Below, one piece after another: positions 8,925 to 17,123 of a stretch of 18,260 nt of DNA; within the stretch, counting starts at the first letter, position 1, and each line of letters starts with the position of its first letter. The DNA comes from a virus (taxonomy: Duplodnaviria; Heunggongvirae; Uroviricota; Caudoviricetes). The stretch covers positions 1 to 18,260 of the IMG/VR virus record IMGVR_UViG_3300039366_000282. One strand, given 5' to 3'. The position numbers and the translations under genes were made by a program. A model generated the notes under the pieces. The model searched no databases, had not been told where the DNA came from, and worked only from the letters and a program-made list of their open reading frames with translations.

Positions 8925-9140
8925 GCCAAGTAAAAAGGGTTACGTTCGCTCCGTGCGAACGTGATCGCATCCAGTGTCAACCGTTATCTTTCCATCCGTG
9001 CCCCTTCGAATTTTTCAAAAAAAACTTATTTGAACGTCCCTAAATTGTCATAAGCAAAATCGCTATCATTGTTCACGTCGAAACAACATAGAGAAAAGCG
9101 AAATCTCATAGAGATTACTTACAATAATAGAGGACAGACA

Positions 9141-9359
9141 ATGAAAGAAAATAATGAAACCAGCGTAAAACGATTTATCCGCGTTCCTGATGTTTTAAAT
9201 CGAGTGGGATTTAGTCGCACGACTTTATATGAACGTATTAAGGAAGGAAACTTTCCAGACAGAGTAAAAATAGGGCCAAGATGTGTCGCCTTTGTCGAAA
9301 GTGAGATTGATGAATGGATTGAAGCGGCTATTCGAAACTCACGCCAGAACGCAGCATAA
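9141..9359 (+). CDS. AlpA-family phage/island transcriptional regulator (small HTH)
   Basis: 72-aa product ..FIRVPDVLNRVGFSRTTLYERIKEGNFPDRVKIGPRCVAFVESEIDEWIE.. matches the AlpA/prophage CP4-57 regulator pattern from memory; RBS AGAGGA before ATG 9141. Confidence 0.7.
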   Translation: MKENNETSVKRFIRVPDVLNRVGFSRTTLYERIKEGNFPDRVKIGPRCVAFVESEIDEWIEAAIRNSRQNAA

Positions 9360-9440
9360 AAACAGAAACAAGATCTCGTGTCGAACAGATATCTGTTCGC
9401 TCAGGGCATCTTATTATCCTAAACAATAATGGAGAAAAAT

Positions 9441-9731
9441 ATGAAGATAGAGCTTATTACGACAAAACAGTTTATTGAACAAGCCGAATGTTATTTCAGG
9501 CGCTATATGGACGGATTGCGGAGGAATGCACCAGATGATTTTTATTATTTTCTCAACAATAAATACAATATGAATGACATTATGGAAAGTATCATTAAAA
9601 AAACGAGATATCATTTTTACGATGACACAGAAGAAAACCAAAGGAATCGGATTTATGGAGAAGTAAGCCACTGTAAGGTAAAACAACACCTTCGTCAGCT
9701 TTGGATTATCTATAAGTGTGTATACCGCTAA
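9441..9731 (+). CDS. Hypothetical small protein (96 aa)
   Basis: ORF with GGAGA 5 nt upstream of ATG 9441 (track start 9429 also possible); AT-rich; no recognised family. Confidence 0.4.
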   Translation: MKIELITTKQFIEQAECYFRRYMDGLRRNAPDDFYYFLNNKYNMNDIMESIIKKTRYHFYDDTEENQRNRIYGEVSHCKVKQHLRQLWIIYKCVYR

Positions 9732-9783
9732 TATTTATACAAATATTTTGCTATTCCAATATTAAACTAAAGAGGAAATAAAA

Positions 9784-10080
9784 ATGAATACATTTAAAAA
9801 TAAAACTACTAAAATCTTTTATGTTGTGTCCTTGCATATCTATGCGGAGCTTTTTAACTCAAAGGATAAAACGACCAGTAATATGATTATAACGCATGTA
9901 ATGGATCATGAGTTTGTTTGTAAGCTAATCGATCTGGCGATGAGAAATGCTGAAAAGCATCTTCTGAAAAAAGCATGGAAAAAGAACGCGGCTGAAAAAC
10001 TATCTGAGGTGGATTTTAAAGAGGTTAGGCAGGCATTAGCCAAAATGCACTACACTGTTCTGGCGGAATCAATATGTTGA
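9784..10080 (+). CDS. Hypothetical small protein (98 aa)
   Basis: ORF preceded by strong RBS AAAGAGGAAATAAAA-ATG; no recognised family. Confidence 0.4.
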   Translation: MNTFKNKTTKIFYVVSLHIYAELFNSKDKTTSNMIITHVMDHEFVCKLIDLAMRNAEKHLLKKAWKKNAAEKLSEVDFKEVRQALAKMHYTVLAESIC

Positions 10081-10152
10081 TATGTTCTGGTGTCTATCTG
10101 CCCCTTCTTGGGGCTGATAACAAATATTATTTTTCTATCCAAGGAGCAAAAA

Positions 10153-10395
10153 ATGACTGATGAATTTCATGTGATGTATATGTATAAAAAAATCCAAGCG
10201 GAAGCCGTAACTACTGACATCAAAACACTTGAACAGCTTTTGAAAAAGTTCAGGAGCGTTGTCAACGAACGTCGTGAAGAATACTATCAGGAGATTGGTG
10301 AGAAAAAAGCGCATAAGTTGAAAATGAAAAGATTACAAAGAATGCTTGAGAAAATGGCGTGTGACCGAGTCTCGCCAGAAGATCTCATTGACTGA
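10153..10395 (+). CDS. Hypothetical small charged/helical protein (80 aa)
   Basis: RBS AAGGAG 6 nt upstream of ATG 10153 (track ORF starts earlier at 10090 without an RBS); product lysine/glutamate-rich. Confidence 0.4.
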   Translation: MTDEFHVMYMYKKIQAEAVTTDIKTLEQLLKKFRSVVNERREEYYQEIGEKKAHKLKMKRLQRMLEKMACDRVSPEDLID

Positions 10396-10443
10396 TAAGT
10401 GTTCTGTATAATAACTTATCTATATAAAAACATGGAGGTGGTT

Positions 10444-10833
10444 ATGGGCTGGGAGCTTCACATAGTAAGAACGGAACATTGGTTCGATAGCGCAAGTGTT
10501 CCAATCAGTAGTGAAGAATGGCTCCAGCTTGTTAATGATGATAAAGAACTATCCATAGATAACAAGAACGGTGATTTTTTCGCCATATGGAGTGGTCAAA
10601 GTGAACTCGATGAACCTTGGCTTGACTGGAGTGATGGAAGAATTTCAACAAAACATCCTGACGAAGCCCTTTACTGTAAAATGTTGCAGATAGCTGAGAA
10701 GCTACATGCTGTAGTCGTTGATGAGGATGATCACAAATATTCGCTACCAAGTGACCTGATGAATCCTTCATGGGCGAATTCATCACTGACTGATAAAAAA
10801 CAAACTTTATGGAAAAGGTTGTTTTCAAAATAG
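10444..10833 (+). CDS. Hypothetical protein (129 aa, Trp/Asp-rich)
   Basis: RBS GGAGGTGG before ATG 10444 (MGWELHIVRTEHW...); track ORF starts at 10399. Confidence 0.45.
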   Translation: MGWELHIVRTEHWFDSASVPISSEEWLQLVNDDKELSIDNKNGDFFAIWSGQSELDEPWLDWSDGRISTKHPDEALYCKMLQIAEKLHAVVVDEDDHKYSLPSDLMNPSWANSSLTDKKQTLWKRLFSK

Positions 10834-11139
10834 TTTTGTCAAGTATTCAGGGAATAGCAATGGCACGCCGAATTGATCTTCATGAAATTGTTAACGCTCT
10901 CAACGGGAGCTTTGTTAGTCGAAACAACGACTTTAGAAGATACGGGGCTATTGGGCAGTTAAAATCATTGGCTATCTGTATTAGCTCAGACTTGATCTGG
11001 TGGTTTTCACTGGTAGCACACTATCAAATCTGACAGTCTGCTATGAGCGAGGAGCGGAAGTTAGTACCTCCGATGCTATAGCGCAGCGTTCTTAATTATG
11101 TAAAAATATTCTACCATTCAAGTAAAGTAAGTGAAAACA

Positions 11140-12057
11140 ATGGAATTTAAACTTGATCTAAAATCCAATGCTTTAGATAGTTTTAATGAAGCCATCAAAA
11201 AATTCCAGCAAGGAGAAAATGGAGATTATAAAGCTTTCAAGTTTGCTATACTACATTTGTCTCATTGTTTTGAGTTGACGTTGAAAATGTATATTCAAAC
11301 ATTAGACGAAAACTTGATTTTTTCAAAATGCTACAGAGCAGTAATAGAGCGTGCCAAAAGTGACAAAGTCAATCTTATTGAAGCTTTTTATAAAATGGAG
11401 GCTGAAGAATTCGACTTTGAAGAACTTATTAAAGGACATAAAAATCCTCATACTATTACTTTGGATCAAGCAATATCGATAGCTACACATGAAAAGTGTA
11501 GCATAACCTCAGTGGACTTAGTTGATAAAGAGTTACTAGATGATATCGCTTGGATGAAAGATCTTAGAAATTCAATTGAGCATTACGAATTCTCGTTTAC
11601 TATTAAATATGTTCGTCTGGCAATGGGGCGTTTGGTCAGAGGGTTGGCTGAGTTCTCTGATATATTTGGTTTATACGATCTAGATAAAGAAGTTTCTAAG
11701 GAAATATCTAATTCCTATAATATACTTTCTGACGAATATGAGCATAATGTTCATGAAGGTTATCTTGATGTAGCTGATGCTAGAAAAGCAGCATTTCTTG
11801 GGGTTAGACCAAAGTTTTTTGAGTTAGTTAATTGGAAAGAATATATCTGCGATTACTGTGGTCATGAGACAATGATTCAAAATAACGATTCTACTTCAGG
11901 ATATCGTTGTACGTATTGCGGTGCCGAAGACTCAGGCTCAATTGAAGTCACATGTGATGTTTGTGGTGCTGAATGGCCTGAAGAGGAAATGAGTTCTTGG
12001 CTTGGGGAGGGGACTAACACTTGTCCTGACTGTAGAGATATTAGCAACAAACCATGA
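11140..12057 (+). CDS. HEPN-like (R-x4-H) domain protein with C-terminal four-CxxC zinc-ribbon region; candidate abortive-infection/RNase effector
   Basis: 305 aa from ATG 11140 (track GTG 11131 alternative); helical N-terminal region ending in ..WMKDLRNSIEHYEF.. (R-N-x3-H at nt 11566-11583); C-terminus carries CDYC, CTYC, CDVC, CPDC pairs; RBS weak. Confidence 0.55.
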   Translation: MEFKLDLKSNALDSFNEAIKKFQQGENGDYKAFKFAILHLSHCFELTLKMYIQTLDENLIFSKCYRAVIERAKSDKVNLIEAFYKMEAEEFDFEELIKGHKNPHTITLDQAISIATHEKCSITSVDLVDKELLDDIAWMKDLRNSIEHYEFSFTIKYVRLAMGRLVRGLAEFSDIFGLYDLDKEVSKEISNSYNILSDEYEHNVHEGYLDVADARKAAFLGVRPKFFELVNWKEYICDYCGHETMIQNNDSTSGYRCTYCGAEDSGSIEVTCDVCGAEWPEEEMSSWLGEGTNTCPDCRDISNKP

Positions 12058-12326
12058 CTAAGATTAATCCTTGATTGAAGATGCATTCTTGTCCGCCTCT
12101 CATGTTTTATAATGTATAATGCTTCTGGCATTATAGCGTGAGAGGCGGAAGATATTGTTAACCGAATTGGCAAGCCTAATTTATAACATTATTGCTAATA
12201 TGGAGGAATAGATTTCTGTTCATCCGCTTACATGGAGTATATACTGTAAACCTTACATCCTTTGAATAAACGGGATGGGAGGCGTCCATCCTGTTTAAGA
12301 TCTCCATCATAAAGATTAAAAATTTC

Positions 12327-12851
12327 TTATTCTTCTGAAGTAAGCATCTTCTCCTGATGGGGGTGATACTTATATGCATAATTAAAGAGGGTCAGATCTA
12401 GTTCAAACGTTTCTCGCATACCATCCATCGTTACGGACGTATTCAGTAATCCACGACGGGCCAGAGATTCTACACCCGGTTCAGGATCATCAAGCCTATT
12501 CATTTGTCCCCATGTCATAACAGAACCACCATGCGTCACAAAGTGCATGACTACTTCTTTTTCTCTTCCAGTCAGAGAATTATAAAGCGTTGCCAGTCGT
12601 TTTTCTGCAACTGCCTCTCCCTTGCGGGTAATAATTCGCAGATATAATCCTCCCGCAATAATCTTTACAACCGGAAAAATAATAACAAAAGAAAACAGAG
12701 TCAGTACATAATCGCGAAGAATAAGATAACAGGTAACTCCTGCGATTCCGGAGACAAATATTGCGATGTTAATGCTGAAGTCTTTCTCCGAATAAACACG
12801 ATCAAACATTTTTTCAAGAAATTCTGTCACGATTTCATTCCTTGTTAACAC
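12327..12851 (-). CDS. Hypothetical membrane protein (two predicted TM helices near N-terminus, soluble C-terminal domain)
   Basis: Minus-strand ORF; hydrophobic segments FSINIAIFVSGIAGVTCYLIL and LTLFSFVIIFPVVKIIAGGLYL; start ambiguous (GTG 12851 or ATG 12809, neither with a clear SD). Confidence 0.45.
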   Translation of the reverse strand: MLTRNEIVTEFLEKMFDRVYSEKDFSINIAIFVSGIAGVTCYLILRDYVLTLFSFVIIFPVVKIIAGGLYLRIITRKGEAVAEKRLATLYNSLTGREKEVVMHFVTHGGSVMTWGQMNRLDDPEPGVESLARRGLLNTSVTMDGMRETFELDLTLFNYAYKYHPHQEKMLTSEE

Positions 12852-13283
12852 TAAAGATGCTCGAGTGGGTATGAATATACCGCAATAGTGCGGGAGGATT
12901 TCATTAGTGTCCCATCAAAATCTGGCTTGAACTGGCTATTGAGTCGCTAATCATTATAAATTTTAGCTGTCAATACTACCATAATAAATAGCAGCATTCT
13001 CAAGAGTTGTGGCGAACGCAACAAAACTCTCCCCAACAACCCGCTTGTAAAGATGCTTTTATACTTCTAACGTCCGCTCTTGGCACGGAGTTGCCTGTCA
13101 AATTAGGTTTAGATCTGTGCGATAGCTGTGTCAGGTCAAATCTGAGCTAATAGAGCTATCGATACCGGCGTCACTTCGATGAGGTTTTCTCTCATAGCCG
13201 AGAGCGACACCCTCTCTTCGCACGTAGGATTTTCTTTGGGAGAGAACAAAAACCGCCAAATTTGGTTGACGGCTTTATTGTGA

Positions 13284-13688
13284 TCAGAGCGCGAAGTCTT
13301 CCAGCGTTTTACCAGCTTCGATAGCAGCAGCGATCGCTTTAGGAGTACGGCCTTGACCTGTCCAAGTCTGCTCATTACCATTTTCATCTGTATATTTGTA
13401 TTTAGCAGGACGAGGAGCACGAGTTGATTTGGCTTTAGGCTGGGATGAACTAACAGCAGCAAGGAGTTCTGCCGGATCAATGCCATCTTCTAACAGTTTC
13501 TGGCGGAAGGCTTCCAGTTTAGCCTGACGTTCTTCTTGTTCTTTACGGGCTGAATTTTCTTCCTCACGGCGATCTTCAACGACAGCAGAGAGCTTTTCCA
13601 GCATCTCTTCCAGAGTTGTCAGATCTGTTTCACGAGCATGTGCGCGAAGTGTACGAATATTGTTCAGTGCCTTGAGAGCTTCACTCAT
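13284..13688 (-). CDS. H-NS family nucleoid-associated protein (island-encoded H-NS/StpA paralog)
   Basis: 134-aa product [28 protein letters not shown].. with C-terminal DNA-binding motif [12 protein letters not shown] and ..[12 protein letters not shown]..; matches E. coli H-NS/StpA from memory. Confidence 0.85.
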   Translation of the reverse strand: MSEALKALNNIRTLRAHARETDLTTLEEMLEKLSAVVEDRREEENSARKEQEERQAKLEAFRQKLLEDGIDPAELLAAVSSSQPKAKSTRAPRPAKYKYTDENGNEQTWTGQGRTPKAIAAAIEAGKTLEDFAL

Positions 13689-13844
13689 AGTATGTCATCC
13701 GGTGTTTTAAAATGGGCGATTAATAAAAATAATGCTTACGGTGATGTTGGAAAAATCAAAAAAACAGTCAGTAAATAATATAGTAAACATTATCGTTTAA
13801 GCAATCTAATACATCTCATTTCACACGAATAACATAGGAGTGCT

Positions 13845-14324
13845 TTAAAGAGACATTTTCCTGCGCTTCTGGCTTGATGGCTCGAACTCTGACGAGATGC
13901 GAGATAGCTGGTCAAGACTGTATTCAATTGAACGCTGGAACTCAACAGCGGCTTCTGTGCGTTGTTTTATGACCAAGGCTACTATTTCTTCATCACTCTT
14001 TTCTGAAATAGCCTTACGGTATAACACGCGTTCGTTAAATAAATCGAGATTTCCTGATGATTTGGCTGATGTGTTAGCTTTTGAACTGCTGATAGGATTT
14101 AGCTCATCAATAAAGTATTCAATAAGCGATTCTCTCTTTTTATCCAGCCTGCGAAGTTCGGTATGTGCGGACTTAAATTTCTGAGCTTTTATCAATGGAA
14201 TATCATCAGAACGCAGTTTGCGATATTCATTTCTGTATTCTTCTATCGGAATATGGTTTTTTAGTTCTTTGACTGTATTTACGTATTCGATTAAATCACT
14301 GTTGTCTGTTTTTACTTTTCTCAT
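13845..14324 (-). CDS. Hypothetical protein (159 aa, charged/helical)
   Basis: Minus-strand ORF with GAGG 9 nt upstream of ATG 14324; no recognised family. Confidence 0.45.
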   Translation of the reverse strand: MRKVKTDNSDLIEYVNTVKELKNHIPIEEYRNEYRKLRSDDIPLIKAQKFKSAHTELRRLDKKRESLIEYFIDELNPISSSKANTSAKSSGNLDLFNERVLYRKAISEKSDEEIVALVIKQRTEAAVEFQRSIEYSLDQLSRISSEFEPSSQKRRKMSL

Positions 14325-14600
14325 AAGAAATACCTCGTAGATAAAATAGTTGATATATTTATATTACGAGATATGGTGCAGGTGTCAAATTTATGGGGCT
14401 GGGCGCTATTTTTGTATTTTACTTTTAGCTACTGTTTCTTTTGAGAAGAACCGAGAGTTAAATGTGCCGTTCTTAGTCAGTATCTTAGCGTCCACTAATA
14501 ATTTTAACCGTTCTTCATCGGTTCTCTTAGCCGCTAATTTTTTCACCTTTTTTGTCAGATCTTCAATATCTATTATTTACATCCTTATCTTTTAAGTTGT

Positions 14601-15401
14601 TTAAACAATCTGAGGTGTTTTATACTGTTCAAAAATAAGATTTCCTGAATATGTATAAATTTCTATTTTTCCTACTTTACCATCAGTGCCTTTTATCGAG
14701 AAACGAATTAATCTTTCATTATAATATTTTTCTAACAAGTCTGGTCGTTCAGTAAAATATCTTGATTTTGTTGAGCGATCTTTCAGATAGTCGCAGCTTG
14801 AACAAACCTGCTTTTTGAAATCCTTCTCAGATAAACCACTTTCTTTTATTTTTAAAGAAATAAAAGCCTTTAAAGGTCGTTCATATTCATCTCTTTCTTT
14901 TGCTTTGCGTATTTGTTCTTCTTTCTTGCGCTGTTCTTCAATACGGTAAAGTCTGCCTTGTTCTTCCTGCGCTCGTATTATATCCTCTTGAATCATTTTA
15001 CTGATGATTGAGGCAGGAACAACACTGATACCTTCAGACCACCCCTGATAAGGATTATTGTTTTGTATATTTCGGACTGTAGCAGATATTCTGTCTATAT
15101 CCAGTTCTTTATCAAAGGAAACAATGCGTTGTCTGTTTTCTTTTGATATGAGCTTAGCCGTGTTTACCGGGGATTCCAGACCCTTTAATTTGAATGTAGC
15201 TACGGCACTGTTGCGACTTCTATAATATAATGCTTGTTTCTTATCTCCAATATAACATTCAAGGTAAGAGAAAATCTTAAACTCCTGAATGCCAAATGTT
15301 TCCTCAAGCATGGTCATCTGCTCAGCCAATATATTTAGTATATCACTCTTGGATAGTTTTTCGTGGAGCTTAATCTCAAGCGAACCGGGTAGTTTTTTCA
15401 T
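14601..15401 (-). CDS. Hypothetical protein (266 aa), second gene of minus-strand operon
   Basis: Minus-strand ORF; AAGGA 7 nt upstream of ATG 15401; 27-bp gap to the upstream gene; central lysine/glutamate-rich helical segment; no recognised family. Confidence 0.5.
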   Translation of the reverse strand: MKKLPGSLEIKLHEKLSKSDILNILAEQMTMLEETFGIQEFKIFSYLECYIGDKKQALYYRSRNSAVATFKLKGLESPVNTAKLISKENRQRIVSFDKELDIDRISATVRNIQNNNPYQGWSEGISVVPASIISKMIQEDIIRAQEEQGRLYRIEEQRKKEEQIRKAKERDEYERPLKAFISLKIKESGLSEKDFKKQVCSSCDYLKDRSTKSRYFTERPDLLEKYYNERLIRFSIKGTDGKVGKIEIYTYSGNLIFEQYKTPQIV

Positions 15402-15428
15402 TGTTATTTCCTTGTTGTTGTTATTTTA

Positions 15429-16163
15429 TCAGGATACTTTCTGCATATGAGAGTCGGCGTCAACAGCGTTTCTTCTTGCTTCCTCATTTTCCTTTGTTCT
15501 TTTATATACTTTTCGTGGTTTATCAATATGTATGCTGTTATTTGTATTAGGAACAGCATTATTCTTTTTCTTCTTACTGAAAACAAATGCGTCAGTATAG
15601 ATTTCTTTGGTCTCAGTTTCTAAGGATAGGGTTCTTCTTTCACTTTTTGACATAGCTGAATAACTTTCTGGATACTGTTCTATTTCTGCGCAAAGATTGC
15701 GAGCGTTGCTCAACTGTTCTTTACGTTTCTGATCCAGTTGGTGACTCATTCCTTTAGCGAAAATGTTAGAGTTGATATAGAGATGACCATGATGCTCGAC
15801 GAGTATTCCTTTCTGTCTGAGTTTTTTAAAAATGTTAGACATATTACCGGAAGCGATGTTCAGTGCTTTACACAGCGATGATTGCGAAAGATTGATCAGA
15901 TTTCCAAACTCCATATACTCCAGAATATAGGTTAATACACGGAATTCATTCTTGGATATGTCAAGATCAGAGAAGACACGAAAGTTGGAAGTAAAAGCAA
16001 ATACATAAGGTTGTGAAAACGATATAGCTTTATCTTCCTCAGAAGAAATAACTGTCGTTGATTTTATTTCTTTGTTTTGTAGCAAGCGTCTTGCGATATC
16101 AATCTTTTGTTCTGTAGTTAATGATTCAAATAAGTGTAATAGATCAGCATCTGGTGTATTCAT
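15429..16163 (-). CDS. Winged-helix DNA-binding protein, RepL-like (putative replication initiator or regulator)
   Basis: 244 aa from ATG 16163 (track start 16226 would lie upstream of the predicted promoter); segment ..ISKNEFRVLTYILEYMEFGNLINLSQSSLCKALNIASGNMSNIFKKLRQKGILVEHHGHLYINSNIFAKG.. resembles RepL-type wHTH proteins as recalled; repeated palindromes upstream. Confidence 0.5.
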   Translation of the reverse strand: MNTPDADLLHLFESLTTEQKIDIARRLLQNKEIKSTTVISSEEDKAISFSQPYVFAFTSNFRVFSDLDISKNEFRVLTYILEYMEFGNLINLSQSSLCKALNIASGNMSNIFKKLRQKGILVEHHGHLYINSNIFAKGMSHQLDQKRKEQLSNARNLCAEIEQYPESYSAMSKSERRTLSLETETKEIYTDAFVFSKKKKNNAVPNTNNSIHIDKPRKVYKRTKENEEARRNAVDADSHMQKVS

Positions 16164-16197
16164 ATTATTCTCTCTTATTATTTTTGTTATATATATT

Positions 16198-16226
16198 TTA
16201 ATACTATGCAAAAAAGTGAAAGTCAA
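16198..16226 (-). promoter_or_regulatory. Putative sigma70 promoter for the minus-strand operon (TTGACT-17-TATTAA)
   Basis: On the minus strand, -35 TTGACT (16221-16226) and -10 TATTAA (16198-16203) are separated by 17 nt, about 35 nt upstream of ATG 16163. Confidence 0.4.
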
Positions 16227-16287
16227 TAGTAGAACTATAAATAAAATAGGAAGTATATTCTTATGACAATGTTATATGTTAAAAAAA

Positions 16288-16371
16288 CTATGTTCGAACA
16301 TAGATCTTGCTATGTTCGAACATAGGACGGATCTATGTTTGAACATAGGAGTTTGCTATGTTCGAACATAG
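16288..16371. promoter_or_regulatory. Array of four 16-bp palindromes CTATGTTCGAACATAG (one with a single mismatch) at 22-23-bp spacing; putative operator/iteron array
   Basis: Perfect palindromes at 16288-16303, 16310-16325, 16356-16371 and CTATGTTTGAACATAG at 16333-16348; located 60-150 bp upstream of the predicted promoter of the RepL-like gene. Confidence 0.6.
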
Positions 16372-16627
16372 GAAAAAAAGTTGTGAAGCCGCGATTTTAC
16401 TGGTCCGGGACTATGCTTATAATTAAATAATTAGTAAGAAGTTAAGAGAGTCCAGTTTTACTTTTGCGTTATGTTTTAGTGGTTTTACAGGGGGTATTGT
16501 ATTCCTTAATAACTGCTATCAGCGAAGTGATTGTTTCGAACAATCACGAACCGCTGCTTTTATTGCGAGAGCTTAATTAAGATTTCTTTTGTTTTATTAG
16601 CGTCTACGACGCGATCTTTTTTTGGAT

Positions 16628-16790
16628 AAATCCATCATTAACAGGGGCAAGCCCTGTCCAGCAAAGTGATTGTTGCCAACAATCACGAAGTGCTGCTACT
16701 AAGGATATAGTTTTCCTATGTGTTTAAGAGCAAATGCTATATGTCAGAGGGAATATCATGTTCGCATAGGATCTGAATTCTAACTTGGTG
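16628..16790 (+). repeat. Copy 1 of a ~160-bp non-coding direct repeat module
   Basis: aaatccatcattaacaggggcaagccctgtccagcaaagtgattgttgccaacaatcacgaagtgctgctactaagg... recurs at 17124 at roughly 90% identity (period 496 bp); contains the palindrome GTGATTGTT-GCC-AACAATCAC. Confidence 0.8.
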
Positions 16791-17123
16791 GAGGGAATGA
16801 TCTTTATACTGATCGCTTTGTTGTCCATTGATAAAATATTAATGCATTATAGCTGAACAAGGAAAATAGTTTTATACCAGTATTAGGGGCGTAGCCGTGC
16901 GCCAGCACAATGTATGTATTTTCAAAAAAATAATTGAATGTATCAGGTAAAAATAAATATCAATAAATGTAAGTAAGAGTGTTCTGTAAACTGTTAATAA
17001 ACCGCACAGGAAGTGTGGTAAGGATTTGGGATCTGAAAGATAACACATATAACCATCTTCACGCTTAAAGCTCTTATAACTGATTACAGGCAGTAATTTA
17101 TATGGGAAAAATTATTAATTGAA

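Noticed and set aside
10809-11033. 74-aa ORF (or 58 aa from ATG 10860) between the small-gene cluster and the HEPN-like gene
   Set aside because: Overlaps the 3' end of the preceding gene, has a weak RBS, and lies in a compositionally distinct patch; kept only as a possible remnant, not called as a gene.
12176-12379. 67-aa minus-strand ORF
   Set aside because: Lies in the hairpin-containing intergenic region and overlaps the 3' end of the membrane-protein gene; no RBS.
13136-13486. 116-aa minus-strand ORF overlapping the H-NS-like gene
   Set aside because: Out-of-frame overlap with the homology-supported H-NS-like CDS; low-complexity Leu-rich product.
14350-14595. 81-aa plus-strand ORF in the 14325-14600 intergenic region
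   Set aside because: AT-rich intergenic DNA, no RBS, hydrophobic low-complexity product; the opposite strand also lacks a usable start codon.
15429-16226. Longer 265-aa start (16226) for the RepL-like gene given by the ORF track
   Set aside because: The extra 21 codons would start within or upstream of the predicted -35 element; ATG 16163 has a plausible SD and fits the promoter position.
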